Source: Candidatus Woesearchaeota archaeon (GTDB lineage Archaea; Nanobdellota; Nanobdellia; Woesearchaeales; UBA10216). Taken from it: a stretch of 21,616 nt of DNA. The position numbers and the translations under genes are program-made. Positions within the stretch are counted from its first letter, which is position 1. Every line of letters begins with the position of its first letter. The stretch lies in assembly GCA_016180085.1 (NCBI GenBank), contig JACPBX010000029.1:1-21616 (forward strand). Direction: 5' to 3'. The notes below the pieces were generated by a model. It made no database searches. It saw nothing but the letters and a program-made list of their open reading frames with translations, and had not been told where the DNA came from. Of this stretch, positions 15,021 to 21,616 are shown piece after piece.

Positions 15021-15458
15021 TCACAGCGAACTTTTTATTGCAGCCGCAACCTTTTCCTTCTCAGCGTCATTGTTGTAGGGCTTCTGCGGCCATGTCTTCA
15101 GGCCATCGTCCTTGTAACGGGGAATTACGTGCAGGTGGGTATGCATGACAACCTGCCCTGATGCCGGCCTGTTGTTCATGCCAATGTTTATGCCGTCAGC
15201 CTTCGTTGCCTTCATTACAGCAGGCGCTATTTTCTTAGCCACAGCAATAACGTTCCGCAACTCAGAGTCTGGAGTGTCAAAGATGTCAACGTAATGCCTT
15301 TTCGGAACAACAAGGGTGTGGCCGGAATGTATCGGGAATATGTCAAGGAAAGCCAGGGTATTGCTGTCCTCGTAAACCTTGTACGCAGGCAGGCCTCCTT
15401 CAATTATCTTGCAGAATATGCAGTCGTCTGTTTGTTTAGCATTATTTGCTGCTGCCAT
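15021..15458 (-). CDS. HIT family nucleotide hydrolase
   Basis: CIFCKI, FLDIFP..GHTLVVPK, GQVVMHTHLHVIPR histidine triad. Confidence 0.96.
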   Translation of the reverse strand: MAAANNAKQTDDCIFCKIIEGGLPAYKVYEDSNTLAFLDIFPIHSGHTLVVPKRHYVDIFDTPDSELRNVIAVAKKIAPAVMKATKADGINIGMNNRPASGQVVMHTHLHVIPRYKDDGLKTWPQKPYNNDAEKEKVAAAIKSSL

Positions 15459-15505
15459 TTTTCATCAGCTGCGACAGTTGCGGTTCTATAAAAATTTTTG
15501 TGTTA

Positions 15506-16402
15506 TCAAAACCACGGCAGGTCTTTCACAAGCCTGACAAGCGTGCGGATGTTGTGGCCGTACATTGTTACCAGCACGCCAATAACTACGAGCGTGCCTC
15601 CGAAGAGCTCGTTAAGCGACGGGAGCGTCTGGAAGATAATCAGAGCGTATACGACGACAACGAACGGGTCAAGCGTCCTGATTATTGCAACCTTTGAGAC
15701 GTCCAGGAGCTCAAGCGCCTTGTAGAAGAAGACAAAGCCGAGAACAGCGTTAACTGCTACAGCAATGGTAAGGAAGGGCAGCTGGCTCAGCGGGAAAGGC
15801 TGGAGCTTTGAAAAGACAACAGCGTATATGAGCAGAAACAGCGCGGTGTAAAGCGTCCTTAAGCTAACAAGCGCCAAAGGGTTTATGCTCTTGACGTAAA
15901 CCTTCGACAGCACCTGGTGCACGGCTATCGCGAAGGAGGCTGCAAGCGCCACCACCACTCCCATTGTCAGGTATTCGCCGTTGGCAAAGCTTATCGTGAA
16001 AGCGCCACCCAGCGCAATCACCATGCCAGCTACATCCTGCATGTGCAGCTTCTCCTTCAGGAAAAATATTCCCAAGAATATGATGAAGATTGTGCTGAAC
16101 CTTACCAGGAATGCAGTCAGGGTTGGGCCTGCAATGCTTATCGCCTGGAACCAGAAAGCTGCGGCAACAGCGTTAGCCCCTCCAATGACCACGCCGTCTT
16201 TCCAGTGCTCCCTAAACGTCCTCAGGGTTTTCGAAGCGTTCCTTATCAGCAGCAGGGTAATTGAAGCTACAAACGCAATCCCGAACCACAGCGTGTTCAG
16301 GGTTTCAGGGTTGGTGTACTGGAGAAAGTGCTTTGCAAGGATGAAGCCTGTTGAAAGAAACAGCGATGAGAGAACAGCGTAAACTAGTCCGGCGTTTTTC
16401 AT
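15506..16402 (-). CDS. EamA/DMT family transporter
   Basis: About 10 hydrophobic segments in two repeats; FFLKEKL, FYKALELLDVSKVA, DPFVVVVYALIIFQTLP. Confidence 0.9.
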   Translation of the reverse strand: MKNAGLVYAVLSSLFLSTGFILAKHFLQYTNPETLNTLWFGIAFVASITLLLIRNASKTLRTFREHWKDGVVIGGANAVAAAFWFQAISIAGPTLTAFLVRFSTIFIIFLGIFFLKEKLHMQDVAGMVIALGGAFTISFANGEYLTMGVVVALAASFAIAVHQVLSKVYVKSINPLALVSLRTLYTALFLLIYAVVFSKLQPFPLSQLPFLTIAVAVNAVLGFVFFYKALELLDVSKVAIIRTLDPFVVVVYALIIFQTLPSLNELFGGTLVVIGVLVTMYGHNIRTLVRLVKDLPWF

Positions 16403-17139
16403 GACTGGTGCGCAAGACCGCCGCTATTTAACTGTTGCGGTGGCTGCGGCGGAAGTGCTCGGCGCTCCATGTATTGAATTATGTCCCTGGCAGGAAGGAT
16501 GTCTCCTTCGGCCTGGTATTTTGCGATTTTCATTACTAGTTCTCTTGAAACAAATTCTGCTCTTGTACCTACCTCATTACCTTGCGAATGGTGGACAACA
16601 CTATCCCAAGGCAGCTTTGTTCCAGAGTGGCTGAAGATGCTTAATTGGGAACCTTCTTTAAGCACCACGCTTACAGCAGTCATCACAGCGCGTAACTGCT
16701 GAACATTCCAAGCGACAACGTATAGCGCCTGAATTCCTTGTTTTGCTGCATAATCAACAAGCGATTCTGATTCAGAAAGGTTATTAACGTTAATAACGCC
16801 ATTTTTCTTCATCGGAAGCAAAGGAACCGGCCTTATATTTCCACGGCCAACAACGGCCTCAAGTGCCGTGCTCCATCTCGTATACCCTTGGAAGCCAGTG
16901 CTGTCATCATCGCTTCCTATGAGTAAGTATGAATGTGCCAGCCTTTTTTGTTTAAGCTCTGCAGCTCCACCGAACACAGACGCCTGATTATCCTGCGTAT
17001 TTGAATAGAGAAATGCAGAATCAAGGGGCGGATGTTTTTCAGTTTCATAAAGCAAAAGTTCCGCTAGCTCAGACAGTTTATGATCTAATCCAAGCTCTTT
17101 CACGCAATGATGTATTCTTTCAACTAAGTCACGATCCAT
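16399..17139 (-). CDS. Hypothetical protein, possibly YdcF/DUF218-like
   Basis: Start moved to ATG 17139 because the track ORF extends into tRNA-Ala; NNLSESESLV..A...LYVVAW..QQLRA and HSQG motifs are reminiscent of DUF218-like proteins. Confidence 0.55.
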   Translation of the reverse strand: MDRDLVERIHHCVKELGLDHKLSELAELLLYETEKHPPLDSAFLYSNTQDNQASVFGGAAELKQKRLAHSYLLIGSDDDSTGFQGYTRWSTALEAVVGRGNIRPVPLLPMKKNGVINVNNLSESESLVDYAAKQGIQALYVVAWNVQQLRAVMTAVSVVLKEGSQLSIFSHSGTKLPWDSVVHHSQGNEVGTRAEFVSRELVMKIAKYQAEGDILPARDIIQYMERRALPPQPPQQLNSGGLAHQS

Positions 17140-17183
17140 AATGGCAGGGAATGCAGCTTTGTTTTTAAACTTTAAGAATAAAA

Positions 17184-17429
17184 TGGTGGACCGGTCGGGA
17201 CTTTCATAGCCGTTTTCCCCCAGGGCTCCACGTCGTCGCAAGACGACGGGACCAGTCGAGTTTTCCTCGACTTGGTTTTTGCGAAGCGCACTGAGCAAAA
17301 AGGGCTGATTTGAACCCGAAGCCTTAGCGGATGCTTAAGCAATTGCCGAAGCCTCACCGCGGCCAGCGGCGCGTTAGTCTGGAGGGCTTACACCTAAGTA
17401 GGCCCCTTACCAGGTTTAACTACCGGCCC
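17184..17429 (-). tRNA. tRNA-Ala(GGC) with encoded CCA and three non-canonical introns: 21/22 (17377-17407), 43/44 (17325-17354), 59/60 (17201-17308)
   Basis: Acceptor GGGCCGG/CCGGTCC with G3:U70 and A73; anticodon stem CGCCG/CGGTG; three perfect BHB central helices (CTGG/CCAG, GCGG/CCGC, TTCA/TGAA). Confidence 0.92.
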
Positions 17430-17496
17430 GGTCCGACATTAAGGGGCAAAATGGTGGTTTAAATAGTTTGTTGCCTCAGATAAGAATCTGGTTCAG

Positions 17497-17931
17497 TCAC
17501 AGGTGCCTTGCCCAGAAGTAAAACTCGTCCAGTTGCTGAAATGACTGTCCGATTTTAATGCCCGCTCCGGCTGCCAATGCCTCGGCAATGTAAAAGCTTC
17601 CCGCTGCCATGGAGTTCTCTCCATTGTGAAGGGCTACTTCAGCCGCCCTAAGCTCGCCGTAAACTAGTGCACGATGTTCGAAAAAGTTCGCCCTGTCTTC
17701 TAATCCAAATTCCCTTGCCATTCTTGCTTCCCAGGCGTTTGATTCTTTGAGGTTCCAGTAAGCTGAGAGCCGCAGCACGAATGTTTTCCTATAAGGAAAG
17801 CCGTCATCAATCTTTCCCAAAGACGATTTAACCATGCCGTCCAACATGCTTAGCGCTACTAAAGGTTGCCTGCCAGTAAGAGCAGACAGCACACTTCCAA
17901 AAGCCGAATCAGTCAGGTGTTCAAGAGGCAT
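17497..17931 (-). CDS. Hypothetical protein
   Basis: 144-aa ORF filling the gap between tRNA-Ala and the gltX promoter region; no recognisable motif. Confidence 0.6.
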   Translation of the reverse strand: MPLEHLTDSAFGSVLSALTGRQPLVALSMLDGMVKSSLGKIDDGFPYRKTFVLRLSAYWNLKESNAWEARMAREFGLEDRANFFEHRALVYGELRAAEVALHNGENSMAAGSFYIAEALAAGAGIKIGQSFQQLDEFYFWARHL

Positions 17932-18021
17932 AGCTGCCTTCGAAGGAACAGGCAGGGATTTATAAATTTCATGCCTAAAGCAATGTGGTAAACTTTAAAT
18001 ACGCTCATCAGAAACCTTTCT

Positions 18022-19684
18022 ATGATGGCGCTGCCGAAAGACATTGAAACCACGATAAGGAAGTACGCCCTGCAGAACGCTGCCCAGTTCGGGGGCAAGG
18101 CTGCATCCGGCGCTGTGATTGGCAAGATTCTGGCCGAGAACCCTTCCCTGAAGCCTGCGATAAAGGAAATAGCTGCTGCTGTCAGTGCTGTGCTTAAATC
18201 CGTCAACAGGCTTGATGTTGAAAAGCAGGTTGAAGAGCTTGGCAAGCTGGCTCCTGAGCTGCTTGAAAAGAAGAAAGCAGAGAAAAAGGATTTGCCTGAA
18301 CTGAAGAATGCGATTATGGGAAAGGTAGTGACAAGGATTCCCCCTGAGCCTTCAAAGTACGCCCACATAGGGCATGCGCTGAGCTTTCTCATAAATTACA
18401 TGTACGCAAAAAAGTACAATGGCAAGTGCTTTGTTGGAGGACATTAAGTACCTGGGGATACAGCCTGTTAAGGTTGTCAGCATCAGCAGCGACCTGCCCA
18501 TGCTTTATGAGCAGGCTGAGAAGCTGATAAGGCAGGGTAATGCGTTTGTATGTTTTTGCAGTCAGGAGAAGATGAGGGAGCTTCGCCATGAGGGGTTTGG
18601 CTGCAGCTGCAGGAATGATGACACCAAACGCAACTTGGATGAATGGAAAAAAGTGCTTGGCAAAAATTACAAAGAAGGCGAGGCCGTGTTAAGGCTGAAA
18701 GGCGATATGAGCTCGCCCAACCATGTTATGCGCGACCCGGTGCTGTTCAGGGTGACTTACAAGGAACATTACTTGCAGGGCGCAAAGTACTGCGTCTGGC
18801 CCCTGTACGACTTTGCAAATTCGGTGGAAGATGGGACTATGGGCATTACACATGTTATGAGGAGCAGCGAGTTCGGCACAATGAGGATAGAGCTTCAGGA
18901 CAGGATCAAAGACCTTCTCAAGCTGCCCAGGCAAACCATAATCCAGTACGGAAGGTTCAATGTCAGGGGAGCTGTGACCCAGGGAAGGGAGATAAGAAAG
19001 CTTATGGAAACCGGCGCCATTAAAAGCTGGGATGACCCGCAGCTTGTCACGATTAAAGCGCTCAGGAGGAGAGGGATACAGCCTGAGACGTTCTGGGAGC
19101 TTGCGATTGAGGTCGGGCTTTCTCCAACCGAGACAAACTTTGACTGGCAAATGATTTCAGCCTTCAACAGGAAGGTGCTTGACCCGAAATGCAGCCGCTA
19201 TTTTTACGTCGAGAATCCGCAAAAGGCAACTGTGAAGGGCGCTCCTCAAAGGAAGGTGGAGCTTAAGCTGCATCCTGATGCTCCGGAAAGGGGCAGCAGG
19301 CAGTTTTTCGTCAGCGATGCTTTTTACCTGTCAAAGAAAGACCTTGACGCCATTTCAAAGCTGAAAGGCGCTTCACTCGTCAGGCTGATGGATTGCCTCA
19401 ACTTCAAGAAGTCCGACAGCGGCTTTGTGTTTGACTCGGTTGAATACGAGCGCTACAGGATGAGCGGCAGCACCATCATACACTGGCTGCCTGCAGATGA
19501 CAAAAGCCTTCTTAGCGTGAAAGTGCTGATGCCTGACGGAAGCACAAGCAAAGGCCTGGCAGAGTCAGCTACTGCTGGACTTAAAGCAGGAGAAATTGTG
19601 CAGTTCGCGAGGTTCGGCTTTTGCAGGCTTGAAAGCAAGAACGAGCATGCAAAGGAGCTTTCGTTCATTTACTGCCACAACTGA
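18022..19684 (+). CDS. gltX: Glutamyl-tRNA synthetase (archaeal type), frameshifted at ~18430
   Basis: ORF 18022..18447 has RIPPEPSKYAHIGHA (HIGH); ORF 18419..19684 has RDPVLFR, WPLYDFA, ITHVMRS, WDDPQL.TIKALRRRGI, VQFARFGFCR; the RFEDTNP segment is missing at the junction. Confidence 0.93.
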
Positions 19685-19704
19685 GTTTTTGGACGGTGAT
19701 AAAA

Positions 19705-19896
19705 ATGGGTCTTGTAGTAAAAACAAACATATCGGCTGCCGTAAAAGAGATAAGCAGGCAAAAAGGCTACTCAATCAACAATATTGCGGATGACTTTCTT
19801 CCTGCCATTAACGCGAAAGTCAAGAAAGTGGTTGAGGAAGCCATAGAGCGGGCAAGGGCAAACAACAGAAGAACACTAATGGGCAGGGACTTATAG
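19705..19896 (+). CDS. Histone-fold protein (DUF1931-like)
   Basis: NIADDF...VKKVVEEAIERARANNRRTLMGRDL resembles the histone-fold alpha2-L2-alpha3 R.T...D signature; GGTGA RBS precedes ATG 19705. Confidence 0.8.
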   Translation: MGLVVKTNISAAVKEISRQKGYSINNIADDFLPAINAKVKKVVEEAIERARANNRRTLMGRDL

Positions 19897-19904
19897 TTAC
19901 AGGC

Positions 19905-20123
19905 TCAGAGCGACGCCTTCATTCTTCTTATCCGCTCAATCAGGGCCGGAATCTTCGGATGCCTGGGATGCTCTTGCTGCAGTTTCAGGCATGAGGCTTC
20001 TAGGGAATTCAGCTCCCTTCTTACACTAAGCTTACGCCTGAGATTCCCGCCGCTTTCATGGTATGCGAGTAAGGCGTGCCTGAAATAGTGCGTTACGGGG
20101 CTTGAAAACATGGCAGTATTCAC
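19905..20123 (-). CDS. Small hypothetical protein
   Basis: 72-aa ORF directly downstream of and co-oriented with 20134..20613. Confidence 0.5.
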   Translation of the reverse strand: MNTAMFSSPVTHYFRHALLAYHESGGNLRRKLSVRRELNSLEASCLKLQQEHPRHPKIPALIERIRRMKASL

Positions 20124-20133
20124 CTAAAGACGC

Positions 20134-20613
20134 TCATGGCTGCTGCAAAGGATTGCCATGCTGCCTCAGGTGCCTGGTTCTCGGGAATGGCGCGCCTGGG
20201 AATCCAGGAGGAGGCGTCCTTCTTACTTCTGATGAAAGCCTGGTGTGCTTTGCTATCTCCGGCAAATGCTCCCTGTGAAGGTCGAGAAGCGTAAGAAGCG
20301 AGTGCGCAACATCCTTGTTCTGCTGAAGAACTTTACCTGTTTGCTGGAGAATCTCCCTGTTTTGCTCAATGAGCTGCTTGTTGTAAATGGTAAGCTCGTC
20401 AAGCTTCATGAGCACCTGCTGTGTTGGTTCGGCCTTTATTTCGTCCTTTGCCTTTTCAAAAACATCAACTAAGGTCCTCACTACCATGATTAGCTCCTCA
20501 ACGCTGTCTTTCAGCGCCTCTTTCTCAGAAGCAGGCCTTGAGCTTGAGGGCCCAACAATACGTTCAACACTCATAATAGCACCTTTTTGATTGACCTTTT
20601 CTGAAAAGGTCAT
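20134..20613 (-). CDS. Hypothetical coiled-coil protein with Pro-rich tail
   Basis: Heptad-like segment KLDELTIYNKQLIEQNREILQQ; C-terminal PPPGFPGAPFP. Confidence 0.75.
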   Translation of the reverse strand: MTFSEKVNQKGAIMSVERIVGPSSSRPASEKEALKDSVEELIMVVRTLVDVFEKAKDEIKAEPTQQVLMKLDELTIYNKQLIEQNREILQQTGKVLQQNKDVAHSLLTLLDLHREHLPEIAKHTRLSSEVRRTPPPGFPGAPFPRTRHLRQHGNPLQQP

Positions 20614-21073
20614 ACACTCTTTTCACTGAATTCACTAATTAAGCCGTTATTTGGCTGCTGTTGTTTTTAAACTTTTTTAATTTGCAACGGATCAGAAGAA
20701 TTAAACGAATAAAACAAGCAGTTAGAATTTCCAGCCCCAAGGCGTAAGCGAAAAAGAGGTGTGCAAAACGCCTACGCCCAGGAGGCAGGAACGTTAAGTT
20801 GTGATATTTGTGAATGATATTGAACTCTATTCTTTACCTATTTTTGTAAACTTATGCGGTGAAATTAATTGCCCAATTAAATTTCCCCTATGCAGTTAGT
20901 AAGCACTTCTATTATTTAAACTTTGTTAATTATGAGTCCAAACCATTAAGAAAAAGTTAATAACAACGCTTGAAAATAGCCAAATAAAGCTATTAGTATA
21001 CGCTATTGTATACTTGATGGCTGTTTAAACGAACTTAAACGTAGGTAAAGTTAGTTAAGCGAACTTAAGCGAG

Positions 21074-21616
21074 CTAGTAGTCGCCTCCCATTCCTTCAGG
21101 GCCGCCGGGAGGCATTGCAGGGCCTCTGGACTCTGATTTTCCAGAGGCAATCACGTCATCTATCCTCAAAATCATGCCTGCTACTTCGCTTGCGGAGCTT
21201 ATGGCCTGGGTTTTGACCTTCAATGGCTCAAGCACGCCTTCTTTCCAGGAGTCCATGACCTTTCCTGTAAAGACGTCTATGCCTGCCCACTTCCTGCCCT
21301 TGTCATGCTGGCTTTTGAGCTCTGTAAGGATGTCTATCGGGTCAAGCCCTGAGTTCTCTGCCAGGGTCTTTGGTATGATTTCAACAGCATCTGCAAACGA
21401 GTTTACCGCTAATTGTTCCCTGCCTGATAGCGATCCCGCATACCTTCTGAGCTGCAGTGCGAGCTCTATTTCGGTTGCGCCTGCACCGGCAACCACTTTT
21501 CCGCTTGAGAGAGCAGAGGCAACATCCCCAATTGCGTCCTCAACTGCCCTTTTGACCTCGTCAACAACGTGCGCTGTCCCGCCCCTTATCAGGAGCGTAA
21601 CCGCTTTGGCGTTCTT
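21074..21616 (-). CDS. ths: Thermosome (group II chaperonin) subunit, C-terminal part
   Basis: [65 protein letters not shown]-type tail; runs off the right edge. Confidence 0.97.
   Translation of the reverse strand, partial: KNAKAVTLLIRGGTAHVVDEVKRAVEDAIGDVASALSSGKVVAGAGATEIELALQLRRYAGSLSGREQLAVNSFADAVEIIPKTLAENSGLDPIDILTELKSQHDKGRKWAGIDVFTGKVMDSWKEGVLEPLKVKTQAISSASEVAGMILRIDDVIASGKSESRGPAMPPGGPEGMGGDY

Noticed and set aside
16387-16394. GTCCGGCG as another tRNA-Ser att copy
   Set aside because: One base short of the repeat and inside the first codons of the EamA gene; likely chance.
10695-17357. ORFs 10695..10940, 12295..12534, 17172..17357 and the N-terminal extension of 16399..17298
   Set aside because: They overlap tRNA genes and their introns.
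18419-18447. Programmed ribosomal frameshift in gltX or the nucleotidyltransferase
   Set aside because: Essential motifs are absent in all frames, so sequence is missing rather than recoded; no slippery site is present.
20682-20747. Short basic peptide (TTG start, QRIRRIKRIKQAVRISSPKA) as an L41e-like protein
   Set aside because: Only 21 codons, weak start, no RBS and poor match to L41e.

Overview
Archaeal genomic window, inferred to be DPANN (Woesearchaeota-like) from archaeal TATA promoters, bulge-helix-bulge (BHB) tRNA introns, thermosome, SRP54, archaeal GluRS and a histone-fold protein. Housekeeping genes are phosphomannomutase (partial), an RHH-fused sugar-phosphate nucleotidyltransferase, e-MtaB methylthiotransferase, an HPF-like protein, SRP54, GT2-TPR and GT4 glycosyltransferases, DinB, cyclophilin, HIT, EamA, GluRS and thermosome (partial). 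Five intron-containing tRNA genes not shown in the ORF track lie among them: Ser-GGA, Glu-TTC, Ser-CGA, Met-CAT (2 introns) and Ala-GGC (3 introns). Main discoveries: (1) Both tRNA-Ser genes are followed by ~0.9-kb single-ORF cassettes that end in a copy of the tRNA 3' end carried on related hairpin elements, with no integrase nearby (integron-like). (2) A LAGLIDADG endonuclease gene is bracketed by a duplication of the tRNA-Ser 5' end, a tRNA-sized acceptor-stem 'shell' and a highly structured non-coding region. (3) Three unrelated tRNA introns share one motif, TGACC-[covarying stem]-GCTCAACCAAAAA. (4) tRNA-Ser(CGA) has a tRNA-Sec-like D-arm. (5) A Fic/Zn-ribbon-AbrB module is flanked by ~45-bp degenerate direct repeats. 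Two genes (nucleotidyltransferase, GluRS) carry frameshifting deletions of conserved motifs that are probably assembly errors. All structures were derived by hand; no searches were run.
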